Shown: in pieces, positions 17,759 to 26,316 of the stretch
Layout: the number at the start of each line of letters is the position of its first letter
How positions within the stretch are numbered: position 1 is the stretch's first letter
Assembly (NCBI GenBank): GCA_041946805.1
Contig: JBHGBC010000001.1
Span: forward strand, 32,001-96,000
Source: a bacterium
Lineage (GTDB): Bacteria > Hinthialibacterota > Hinthialibacteria > Hinthialibacterales > Hinthialibacteraceae
Reading direction: 5' to 3'
DNA: 64,000 bases
Made by a program: the position numbers and the translations under genes
The notes under the pieces: model-generated
The model's input: only the letters and a program-made list of their open reading frames with translations
Told to the model about the DNA's origin: nothing
Databases searched by the model: none

Positions 17759-18850
17759 ATGGCTGCCCAGTACATACCTCTACGCTCGAGCAATCCCCAA
17801 TCCGATGCCAACTTGTTCGTGAATTCCCGGATTCTGGTGGTCGATGACGATTCGGCCATCTGCGAGATTTTATCCGCGTATTTCCGGGATCTCGGAGTGG
17901 ATTGCCGGCCTTGCCAGAATCCCCGGGATGCGGCGGAGTTGATCCGCCAGAACGAGTACGATGTCATTTTATCGGATATTTACATGCCGGGAATGACGGG
18001 GCATGAATTGCTGGCCATCGGCATCGAGCATTGTCCGCTCACCCCCTTCGTGCTGATGACGGGCAATCCGAACCTGGAGAACGCCATCAGCGCGATCCGC
18101 CTGGGCGCCTACGATTACATCACCAAGCCCTTCCACCTGGATTTCGTGTATTTCACCCTCAACCGGGCCCTGCATTACCGCCGGCTGGCGCTGCAAAACC
18201 GGGCCTACCAGGAAAACCTGGAACAACAAGTGGAAGAGCGCACGCGGGAACTGAGCGAGTTCCTGTTCCTCGCGGTGCAATCGTTGTCCCGCGCCCTGGA
18301 AGCCCGGGATCCCTACACCCAGGGCCACGCCACTCGCGTTTCGCACCTGGTGATCCGGGTGGCGAGGGAATTGGGAGTCGACGAGAAAGATATCCCCGGC
18401 TTGCGCCTGGCGGCCCAGCTGCATGACATCGGAAAAATCGGAGTGCCCGATTCCATCCTGCAAAAAAAGGGGAAACTGACGGACGCCGAGTACGAGGTGA
18501 TGAAGGACCACGTCAACATCGGCCACAAAATTCTGTCCCCCATCCCCTCCCTCAAGGAAGTCAGCCGCTACGTGTACGAACATCACGAGCGGGTGGACGG
18601 CCGCGGCTATCCCCGGGGGCTCACGCGGGAGCAGATCCATCCCAACAGCCGGATCCTGATGGCGGTGGAAGTATGCGACGCCCTGGCCACGGAACGGTGT
18701 TACAAGGAAGCGTGGGAAATCCCGCGGATCATCGCCTATTTCCGGGAGAACGCCGGCGCGGCCTTCGACCCGGAGGTTGTCGAGGCCCTGGTCCGGGTTC
18801 TGGAAACCGAGGGCGGCCAATTTCTCATGTCGTGGAATGACAGTCCGTGA
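17759..18850 (+). CDS. Response regulator with HD-GYP phosphodiesterase domain (RpfG-like)
   Basis: REC motifs VVDDD, SDIYMP, KP; LHDIGK and HHERVDGRGYP; start codon uncertain. Confidence 0.92.
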   Translation: MAAQYIPLRSSNPQSDANLFVNSRILVVDDDSAICEILSAYFRDLGVDCRPCQNPRDAAELIRQNEYDVILSDIYMPGMTGHELLAIGIEHCPLTPFVLMTGNPNLENAISAIRLGAYDYITKPFHLDFVYFTLNRALHYRRLALQNRAYQENLEQQVEERTRELSEFLFLAVQSLSRALEARDPYTQGHATRVSHLVIRVARELGVDEKDIPGLRLAAQLHDIGKIGVPDSILQKKGKLTDAEYEVMKDHVNIGHKILSPIPSLKEVSRYVYEHHERVDGRGYPRGLTREQIHPNSRILMAVEVCDALATERCYKEAWEIPRIIAYFRENAGAAFDPEVVEALVRVLETEGGQFLMSWNDSP

Positions 18851-20027
18851 CGAACGCCTCGATCCGCCGCAGCGCCTCCCGCAACGCGTCCAGGGACGTG
18901 GCGTAGGAACAGCGGACAAAGCCCTCCCCGCATTCGCCGAAGGCGGTCCCGGGCACCACGGCGACGTTGTATTCGGCGAGGAGCCGCTCGGCGAAATCCT
19001 GGGAACTCAAGCCGGTCCTTTGAATGGAGGGAAAGACGTAAAACGCGCCCCGGGGGATCATGCAGGTCAAACCCATGCGGTTGAGGTGATGGCTGATGAA
19101 ACGCCGCCGCCGGTCGTACTCCTGCCGCATGGTTTCCACTTCCTTGTGGCCGTTTTTCAAGGCCTCGACGGCCGCGTGCTGAGCCGTGGTGGGCGGGCAC
19201 ATGATGGCGTACTGGTGGATCTTGGTCATGGCCGCGATCAGGTCGGGCGGTCCGGCCGCGAAGCCCAGGCGCCAGCCGGTCATCGCCCAGGCCTTGGAGA
19301 AGCCGTGGAGGAGAACCAGATGGTCCCGCAGCTCGGGAATGGCGGCGAAGGAGAAGGCATCGCCTTCGTAGGTAAGCGGCAGGTAAATCTCGTCGCTGAT
19401 CAGAATCAGGCCGTTCCGTAACACGAAATCGGCGATTTCATGCACCTGGTCCTGGCTCAAGGTGGCCCCGGTGGGATTGTTGGGGTAATTGATCATCAAC
19501 GCCCGGGTGCGGGGCGTGACGGCCTGGTCCAGATCTTCCCGGCGGGGAGCGAAGCCGTGCCCGGGCCGGGTGGCCACCCGCACGGGGATTCCGCCCGCCA
19601 AGGTCACCAGCGCGGGATACGCCACGAAGGAGGGATCGATGACGATCACTTCGCTGCCGGGTTCCAGAATGGTCCGGAACACGAGGTCGACCCCTTCGCT
19701 GGCCCCCACGGTGATGAGAATTTCCCCGTTCGGATCATAGCGGCGTCCGGTGGTGTTCATCAGATAGAGGGAAATTTCCTCGCGCAGGGCGAGGAGGCCG
19801 CTGTTGGAGGTGTAGCTGGTGCGGCCCGATTCCAACGAATGGATGCCGGCTTCGCAGACATGCCAGGGCGTGACGAAATCCGGTTCCCCCACGCCCAGGG
19901 AAATCACCCCCTGGCGGCTCATCACCAGGTCAAAAAAACGGCGGATGCCCGAGGGCGGCAAATCCGCCACGGTTCGGTTCACGCGGGTCTTCCGCGATAC
20001 GGTTTGAGGGAGGGTGGACATTTTCAT
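18825..20027 (-). CDS. PLP-dependent aminotransferase class I/II
   Basis: SLGVGEPDF, NYPNNPTG, SDEIY, GFSKAWAMTGWRLG. Confidence 0.95.
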   Translation of the reverse strand: MKMSTLPQTVSRKTRVNRTVADLPPSGIRRFFDLVMSRQGVISLGVGEPDFVTPWHVCEAGIHSLESGRTSYTSNSGLLALREEISLYLMNTTGRRYDPNGEILITVGASEGVDLVFRTILEPGSEVIVIDPSFVAYPALVTLAGGIPVRVATRPGHGFAPRREDLDQAVTPRTRALMINYPNNPTGATLSQDQVHEIADFVLRNGLILISDEIYLPLTYEGDAFSFAAIPELRDHLVLLHGFSKAWAMTGWRLGFAAGPPDLIAAMTKIHQYAIMCPPTTAQHAAVEALKNGHKEVETMRQEYDRRRRFISHHLNRMGLTCMIPRGAFYVFPSIQRTGLSSQDFAERLLAEYNVAVVPGTAFGECGEGFVRCSYATSLDALREALRRIEAFVTDCHSTT

Positions 20028-20045
20028 GGTGGAGCGGTGGAGTCC

Positions 20046-20540
20046 TTAGGGGCTGACGGGAATGCGTTCCTGGCCGTCGGGTTCGACCAGAATGGTTCCC
20101 AGTTCCTTGTACTTTTTCAACAGGAAATGCGAGGCGGTGGAGCGGACATTGGGCAGAACCGAGAGTTTCTCGATCACGAAGTCGGCGATTTCCCGCATGG
20201 TTTGGCCTTCGATGACGATCAAGAGGTCATACCCGCCCGAGACCAGGTACACCGAACGGACCTCGGGAAAGCGGTAGATCCGCTCGGCAATCTTGTCGAA
20301 GCCATGGCCGCGTTCAGGCTGCACCGACACTTCGATCAGGCAGGCGACTTTGTCATCCTTGATCCGTTCCGGATTCATGATGGTCTTGTATCCCAGGATG
20401 ATCCCCTCTTTTTCCATGGCGCCGATTTGCGCGGCCACCGTGGATTCGTCCTCGGCGATCAAGACGGCGATATCCCGGGGCGTCGAGCGGGCGTCTTTCT
20501 CGAGGACCTCGAGAATTCTCTTGCGGATGGATGATATCAT
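20046..20540 (-). CDS. Lrp/AsnC family regulator paired with the aminotransferase (YugG/YugH-like)
   Basis: N-terminal HTH ILEVLEKDAR; VSGGYDL and ASHFLLKKYK; ATG at 20540. Confidence 0.9.
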   Translation of the reverse strand: MISSIRKRILEVLEKDARSTPRDIAVLIAEDESTVAAQIGAMEKEGIILGYKTIMNPERIKDDKVACLIEVSVQPERGHGFDKIAERIYRFPEVRSVYLVSGGYDLLIVIEGQTMREIADFVIEKLSVLPNVRSTASHFLLKKYKELGTILVEPDGQERIPVSP

Positions 20541-20650
20541 AATTTTGTACCCAGGCCGCGCCGGGCCGGCACGGCGGTAATGGACAGTATGAAAAAACAT
20601 CATACGTAGTTTGCGGTGATTGGACAATCTCTTTGTGAAAAAAAGTTCGG

Positions 20651-21349
20651 TCAGCCGGTGAAGTGGATGAAGTTGCGTCTCCCATCCTTCCAGCCGAACG
20701 AGAGAACCCGGCCGGTTTTCCCCCCCACCGTATATTCCCGCTGGTAGGTCTGGTGCAGGTGGCCGTGGACGATCACGTCGATGCCGGAGGCGATGATGGA
20801 CTCGTAGGCGCGGCGGGGAACCTCCAGAGTGGACGCCGCCTTGCCCGCGACCAGCACCGTGCTGGCCTGAGAGAGCCGGCGGGCGGTCCGGTGGCGCAGG
20901 GGGGCGGGCAATCGATCGGCCAGGAAGCGGAACGGACGGGAGCGGATGACCGTTTTGTAGACCTGATACGCCCAGTCGTTCCAGCACAACTCATCCCCAT
21001 GGCCAATGTACACCGCCCGTCCGCCCAGTTCGGTGACCGTGGGATTCGCCAGCACGTCAATCCAGGGCTGTTCGTCGAAGTAATGGCTGGCCAGAAAATC
21101 CCGGTTGCCTTCGATAAAGAACAATTGGATGCCTTCCCGGTCCCAGCGCCGCAAGCGGTCCAAAAAAAGCGAGTAGCGGGTTTGCAGAAAAGGAGGATCG
21201 TTGACCCAGAAATGAAAAATATCGCCGATCAGGAAGATGCGGCGGGTATCGGGCGGGATTTCGTTCAACAACCGTTCGATTTCCTCCACCTCCCCGCCGG
21301 GGTGATGCAGATCGCTGAAAAAAACGTTTTCTCCGGATGGTTGATTCAT
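20651..21349 (-). CDS. lpxH: UDP-2,3-diacylglucosamine hydrolase (metallophosphoesterase)
   Basis: SDLH, GDIF..W, GNRDF, HGD, HGHLH. Confidence 0.8.
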   Translation of the reverse strand: MNQPSGENVFFSDLHHPGGEVEEIERLLNEIPPDTRRIFLIGDIFHFWVNDPPFLQTRYSLFLDRLRRWDREGIQLFFIEGNRDFLASHYFDEQPWIDVLANPTVTELGGRAVYIGHGDELCWNDWAYQVYKTVIRSRPFRFLADRLPAPLRHRTARRLSQASTVLVAGKAASTLEVPRRAYESIIASGIDVIVHGHLHQTYQREYTVGGKTGRVLSFGWKDGRRNFIHFTG

Positions 21350-21677
21350 CAGCTTCTGGATTAGAGAAGGAGATCCACTCCATTGTTGGTCAATCAAGTC
21401 CTCATGCTTTCGTGTGCCGGGCTTTCCTTTCCTCCCCCTCCAGAAGAGGGGCTGGGGGAGGTGAAATCCTTACAACACCCTGAACCATTGTCATCTCTGC
21501 CATCTCCACCATAAACCAAACACCAAACCATTGTAGGGGCACGTTGCTATGTACCCCTGCGGTAAAACAGCCCAAACTTCCGGCTTCCGGGGGGATGACC
21601 ACCTATGAAAATCCCCGGTAAAAAAGTGAGCCGGGCGGAAGTGAGAACCAAGGGCAAATAGTAGCAAAAAAGCATAA

Positions 21678-21703
21678 AGAAAGCGGCCGTGCGGCCGCTT
21701 TCT
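21678..21703 (-). terminator. Intrinsic terminator downstream of the Gly-tail gene
   Basis: Perfect AGAAAGCGGCC-GTGC-GGCCGCTTTCT hairpin, T-rich tail on the minus strand. Confidence 0.7.
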
Positions 21704-21751
21704 GAATCCTCAAGATATGGAAGGCTGGCTTCCGTCCGGGGATATTCTACT

Positions 21752-22711
21752 TTAGTACCCGCCGAAGCCTCCGCCGAAGCCACCGCCAAAACCGCCGCCG
21801 AAGCCGCCCATGCCGCCGCCCATGCCGCCGCCCATGCCACCGAAGCCGCCACCGAAACCACCACCACCGCCCATGCCGCCCCCCAGACCCATGGATCCCG
21901 CCTGCCGGTCGAGACGGCGCCGGCGGTATTCTTCAATCCGTTGGAACTGATCCTGACGCTGCTGGACCTTGATTTCCTGCTTGGCATAGACCAGGGCGCG
22001 GTCCAGGGCGCGTTTGCGGGCGCGATGCCAGATTCGTTCGTTGGCGGAGCGGGGGCGGATCCATCCCAGGTATTCCGCCAGGGACGTTTGATCCGCGCCT
22101 TCAAAATCGAGGCCCAGGTCGGAGACAGGAATATCGGCGATGAGGCCCAATTCGCCCAGCGTCTGGCCGGCCTGCAGTTGGCGCATCTGGAAATCCAACA
22201 TGCGGTCGATTTCTTCCTTGGTGAGCGTTTCCGAGCGAAAATCGGGCGACATCATTTTTCCGTACACATCGATCTGTTCCTTGTAAAGATCCTGGAGCCG
22301 GTCGATGATGTTCTGGCAAAAATCGGCCATCTTTTGGTATTCGTTGTTCGCGGAAGCCGCCGTTTTGTAGGATTGCAGGGCCATGGGGAACTGCCGGCTC
22401 ATCAAGGCCATGAAGGCTTGATTGGCTTGGGCCAACGTGGTATCGAAGCTGCCTGAGGAAGTGGCAGCCTCTCCCGGCGCGCCGGGCGCGGCTTCGCCCC
22501 CGGTTTGCAACGTGGGAGCCGGCAGGGCCGTATCCGGCGCCGCGGCATCCGGCGCGGGCGCGGCCGGCTCGGCCGTGGCGGCCGCCGGTTCCACGGGGGC
22601 GGAGGCATCAGGAGGCGTGGCCGGAACCGCGGCATCCTGCGCGCATACCGGCAGATACAAGGCCGACATGAATAAAGCCAAGCAACCAACGATCCCGATT
22701 CTTTGTTTCAT
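21752..22711 (-). CDS. Exported hypothetical protein with Ala/Pro linker and Gly/Phe/Met low-complexity C-terminal tail
   Basis: Signal peptide ending VCA-QD; own promoter, RBS (GGGAGAAGG) and terminator. Confidence 0.75.
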   Translation of the reverse strand: MKQRIGIVGCLALFMSALYLPVCAQDAAVPATPPDASAPVEPAAATAEPAAPAPDAAAPDTALPAPTLQTGGEAAPGAPGEAATSSGSFDTTLAQANQAFMALMSRQFPMALQSYKTAASANNEYQKMADFCQNIIDRLQDLYKEQIDVYGKMMSPDFRSETLTKEEIDRMLDFQMRQLQAGQTLGELGLIADIPVSDLGLDFEGADQTSLAEYLGWIRPRSANERIWHRARKRALDRALVYAKQEIKVQQRQDQFQRIEEYRRRRLDRQAGSMGLGGGMGGGGGFGGGFGGMGGGMGGGMGGFGGGFGGGFGGGFGGY

Positions 22712-22765
22712 GGCCTTCTCCCGTTTGCATCTTGTGGATTTATACCTTCGGTCTATCCACTTTTA

Positions 22766-22795
22766 ATTATAATAAAGCCACGTCCCGGCCGTCAA
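22766..22795 (-). promoter_or_regulatory. Sigma70 promoter for the Gly-tail gene
   Basis: TTGACG-18 nt-TATAAT on the minus strand. Confidence 0.6.
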
Positions 22796-22912
22796 GTAAC
22801 GGTTTCCGCCACATTATGGCCGATCTCCGGACGAAAGCCAAGGCGTTCCCGCGCCGGGAGAGGGAAGTGATTGTGTAATCCAAGATAAATCAAGGAGAAA
22901 AGCCACTGCACC

Positions 22913-24520
22913 ATGTGTATCTGCCAATCCATTGATCGCTTGTTGTCCGCTTTTGGGAGGGTGGAGTCCGGGGCCTTGTTGCGTTCCTGCTATGGACCGC
23001 ACCCGATGCTGCTCGAACGGCAGCGAAAGCGGATCGTGGCCTTGTTGGAAACCTTCCGCCGGGCGTTTCCCGAAGCCCGGGAGGCGGGGATTCTCCGGGT
23101 TCCCGGCCGCATCAACCTGATGGGCGTCCACGTGGATCACCGGGGGGGATGGTGCAACTTCATGCCGGTGGCCTGGGAAACCTGGTTTTGTTTTTCTCCC
23201 CGCCCGGACGACCGGATCGCCGCCCGGAATCTCTCGCCCGCGTATCCGGATCTGGAGTTTTCGCTGCAACGCGAATTGCCCCCCGCTCTCCGGGGGAACT
23301 GGATGAAGTTCATCGAGTCAGCCGCCATCGAGCGGGGGCAATGGGGCAATTATCTCAAGGCCGGAGCATTGAAACTGCAGGATGGATTTCCGGACCGGCC
23401 GCTCCGGGGTATGAACGTGATGGTGGAGGGAGACATCCCGCCCCGGTCCGGGCTTTCATCCTCTTCCGCCCTGGTCGTGGGGACGGTCCTGGCGCTGCGC
23501 GGCCTCAACCGGCTGCCGTTGTCCGAAGCGGAGATGGCCGAATGGTGCGGGGAAGGCGAATGGTACGTGGGGACGCGCGGCGGCGCGGGAGACCATGCGG
23601 CCCTGCTGTTGGGAAAATTGAACCAAATCACCCACACGGGATTCAAACCTCTGACGGTGGAGTATTGTCCTTTCCCGGCGGATTACGAAGTGCTGGTGGC
23701 GCAAAGCGGCATCGAGGCGGGCAAGGCCCTGCACGCGCGGGAGACATTCAATTCGCGGATCGCGGCCTATGAAATCGCGCTGGCCCTCTTTCGGGATGCG
23801 CATCCCCGCTGGAAAGAACCCTTGGCCCTGGTGCGGGACATTTCCCCCGGAGTCCTGGAGGCGGATCTGTCTACGCTGTACGCTGCGTTCAAGGCGGTTC
23901 CCATGCTGGCTTCTCCGGCGGCTCTGCGCCGGGAGTACCCCGCGTTGCGGGAGAAACTGGACTGGGTCGTGGCGACCTACGGGGAACCGCGGGAGCCTTG
24001 GCCGCTGCGCGAAGTGTTGTTGTTCGGGGCGGCCGAGTGCGCCCGGGCCCGGATGTTTCCCCGGCTGATCCGGGAGGGACGCATCGCCGCGGCCGGGGAA
24101 CTCATGTATATCTCGCATGACGGCGACCGGGTCGCGGTCTGGAACGGCCAGGGGAATACGTGTAAACCGTACCGGAGTCCGTATTCCGACGATTATCTTG
24201 ACGCGCTGGCCGCGGCGGCCCGGGAGCGGCCCGGGGATGAGCGGTTGGAGTTGGCGTATCAGCCGGGCGGTTACCGGTGCAGCGTTCCCGAGCTGGACCG
24301 GATGGTGGACCGGTGCAAGGAGTTGGAAGGTGTCGTGGGAGCGGGCCTGACCGGAGCGGGCCTGGGCGGCGCGATCCTGGCGCTGGTGCGTCCCGACCGC
24401 ACCGCGGCGGCTGGGGAGGCCTTGCGGACGTTGATCGCCTCCTGGCATCCCGGGGAGCCCTGGGTGGAGCGGTGCCGTCCCGTGGCGGGAGCCTCGCGGA
24501 TCGATGGATTGGTGGAATGA
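22913..24520 (+). CDS. GHMP-family anomeric sugar kinase, galactokinase-like
   Basis: PGRINLMG.H.D, IPPRSGLSSSSA, GAGLGG. Confidence 0.85.
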   Translation: MCICQSIDRLLSAFGRVESGALLRSCYGPHPMLLERQRKRIVALLETFRRAFPEAREAGILRVPGRINLMGVHVDHRGGWCNFMPVAWETWFCFSPRPDDRIAARNLSPAYPDLEFSLQRELPPALRGNWMKFIESAAIERGQWGNYLKAGALKLQDGFPDRPLRGMNVMVEGDIPPRSGLSSSSALVVGTVLALRGLNRLPLSEAEMAEWCGEGEWYVGTRGGAGDHAALLLGKLNQITHTGFKPLTVEYCPFPADYEVLVAQSGIEAGKALHARETFNSRIAAYEIALALFRDAHPRWKEPLALVRDISPGVLEADLSTLYAAFKAVPMLASPAALRREYPALREKLDWVVATYGEPREPWPLREVLLFGAAECARARMFPRLIREGRIAAAGELMYISHDGDRVAVWNGQGNTCKPYRSPYSDDYLDALAAAARERPGDERLELAYQPGGYRCSVPELDRMVDRCKELEGVVGAGLTGAGLGGAILALVRPDRTAAAGEALRTLIASWHPGEPWVERCRPVAGASRIDGLVE

Positions 24521-24548
24521 AGCAATCCGGCTGGAAAAAGAGAAAAAA

Positions 24549-25145
24549 ATGAAAGCCGTCCGTTTTTTGCGCAAGTCCTATGCGTTCACATTGATCGAAT
24601 TGCTGATCGTGGTCGCCATCATCGGTATCCTGGCTGCGATCGCCGTGCCCAACTTTTTGAACGCCCAAACCCGGGCGAAGATCGCGCGGGTGATGGGGGA
24701 CTTCAAGGCGTACGGCACCGCCCTGGAGACATACATTTTAGACCAAAACGCCGCCCCCTGGGACATGCCCTGCCCCTCGGGCGATCACGGATGGGCGTCC
24801 TGCCTGTCGCGCCTGACCACGCCGGTGGGCTACATGAGCGCGGTGGCGCCCGACGTGTTCCAGGCGGAAGACGTGCGGGCGAGCCTGTCCCCCTCGCATT
24901 TCGTTGGCAGTCAGATGAGTTACGATTACACCACGATTTATTACAACGGCGGCGTGGGGACGCAATCGGAAATCTGGAGGTACCTGTTCGGCAATTCCCT
25001 TTGGCGGCTGGCCAGCGCCGGTCCCGACCGGGCCTTGATCAACGTCACGGCGCGGCAATGGCTGGCCCCGCCCTACAATTCCTCCAACGGATTGGTCTCC
25101 CCGGGGGACATCACGTATTCGCAGCAGAATTTCCTGGACCGGTGA
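24549..25145 (+). CDS. Type IV pilin/pseudopilin-like protein with N-methylation motif
   Basis: KSYA|FTLIELLIVVAIIGILAAIAVPNF; C-terminal SAGPD..YNSSNGLVSPGD. Confidence 0.88.
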   Translation: MKAVRFLRKSYAFTLIELLIVVAIIGILAAIAVPNFLNAQTRAKIARVMGDFKAYGTALETYILDQNAAPWDMPCPSGDHGWASCLSRLTTPVGYMSAVAPDVFQAEDVRASLSPSHFVGSQMSYDYTTIYYNGGVGTQSEIWRYLFGNSLWRLASAGPDRALINVTARQWLAPPYNSSNGLVSPGDITYSQQNFLDR

Positions 25146-25157
25146 GATCCGGGCGGT

Positions 25158-26177
25158 TTAATCTTCCGGGGGGTGAAGGTCGTCCAGCGGTTTGAACAAC
25201 ACGGTCTCGATGAATTGCTGGGTCTCGATTTCCTTCCGCGGCTCGGGCAAAGACCGCAGAGTGGCCAGAGACACGCGGAGGGTGTCTCCGGCGGAGGGAA
25301 CCGTTTGCGCCCAGTTGTTCCGGAGCAGTTGTTCCAGCAGGGCTTCGGCGCGCTGGTTTTGATAATGGAGGCGCAGATGGCGCCAGAGATCCGGATGGGC
25401 CAGCAGGCGCAGCAACGCGCCCCGGGGCCAATCCAGCCACTCCCGCGTTTCCATTTCCGGCGGACATTGGGAGAGAATCAGCCGGGCGGCCGCATAGGTC
25501 TTGGGGGCGGAGAAGGTTTTGACGGATTGATTGCTGTATTCCTCCTGACAATGAATCAGGAAATCCCCCATCCGCGGCAGATCGGCGGCAAGGAGGCGGT
25601 TCTCCTCGATATGAACCAATCCCGCTTCCTCCAGGCGGCGGAAGAGTTCCCGAATCCGGTGGCCGGGGATATCCAGCATATCCCGGCAATGGGCGGAGAC
25701 CAGTGCGTGGATCCGCTCGAAGTCCGGCTCCGACCGGATCGTAAGTTGGATGAGAGTCAGGACTTTCCGCCATAAGTCCGGCGAAGTCAAATCGGAAACG
25801 ACCGCCATCCGTTGATGCGTGTTGCGGAGTTTGTGGCAAATGAGTTTGAGAATCACCTCGGCCACGGCCGGCGAGCGGCGGATGATGGACCGGATGCGGT
25901 GTTTGTTGAGGATCACCAGCAGCGAATCTTCCATGGCGGTGACCGTGGCGGAGCGGGGCGCGTCGTCCAGGATGGCCAACTCGCCGACAATGTCCCGCGG
26001 TTCGATCTCCGCGATGGGCACGTTCTCGCCGTCGATGTTTTTTTCCACCAGCAGCCGTCCGTGGACCACGAAATAGGCGCACTGGCCCATTTCGCCCTCC
26101 CGCATGATCACGGTTCCTTTGTCCACCCGCACAGCTTCTCGTGAAAGATCACCTAAGAATGAATCCCCCATGACCAT
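25158..26177 (-). CDS. cNMP-binding (Crp-like) regulatory protein
   Basis: IMREGEMG, VGELAILDDAPRSATV; start at 26177 or 26171. Confidence 0.8.
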   Translation of the reverse strand: MVMGDSFLGDLSREAVRVDKGTVIMREGEMGQCAYFVVHGRLLVEKNIDGENVPIAEIEPRDIVGELAILDDAPRSATVTAMEDSLLVILNKHRIRSIIRRSPAVAEVILKLICHKLRNTHQRMAVVSDLTSPDLWRKVLTLIQLTIRSEPDFERIHALVSAHCRDMLDIPGHRIRELFRRLEEAGLVHIEENRLLAADLPRMGDFLIHCQEEYSNQSVKTFSAPKTYAAARLILSQCPPEMETREWLDWPRGALLRLLAHPDLWRHLRLHYQNQRAEALLEQLLRNNWAQTVPSAGDTLRVSLATLRSLPEPRKEIETQQFIETVLFKPLDDLHPPED

Positions 26178-26316
26178 GCCCCACACGCTGTTTGGTACGG
26201 TCCGGATTTCCTGGTCCTCCGGATCACCGCGCCCTTTTTCTTGCTGAACGGTTCTAGTATACAATGAGGCGCCAGTCTTTCTAAGTTTCCAAGGGGCTTT
26301 GGGGGAGAATGAGCTC

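Noticed and set aside
20541..20987. Long N-terminal extension on the Lrp ORF
   Set aside because: It overlaps lpxH in another frame; the Lrp fold begins at ATG 20540
21752..21890. Regular short repeats that might suggest a CRISPR array
   Set aside because: No unique spacers and no cas genes; they are in-frame Gly-rich codon repeats
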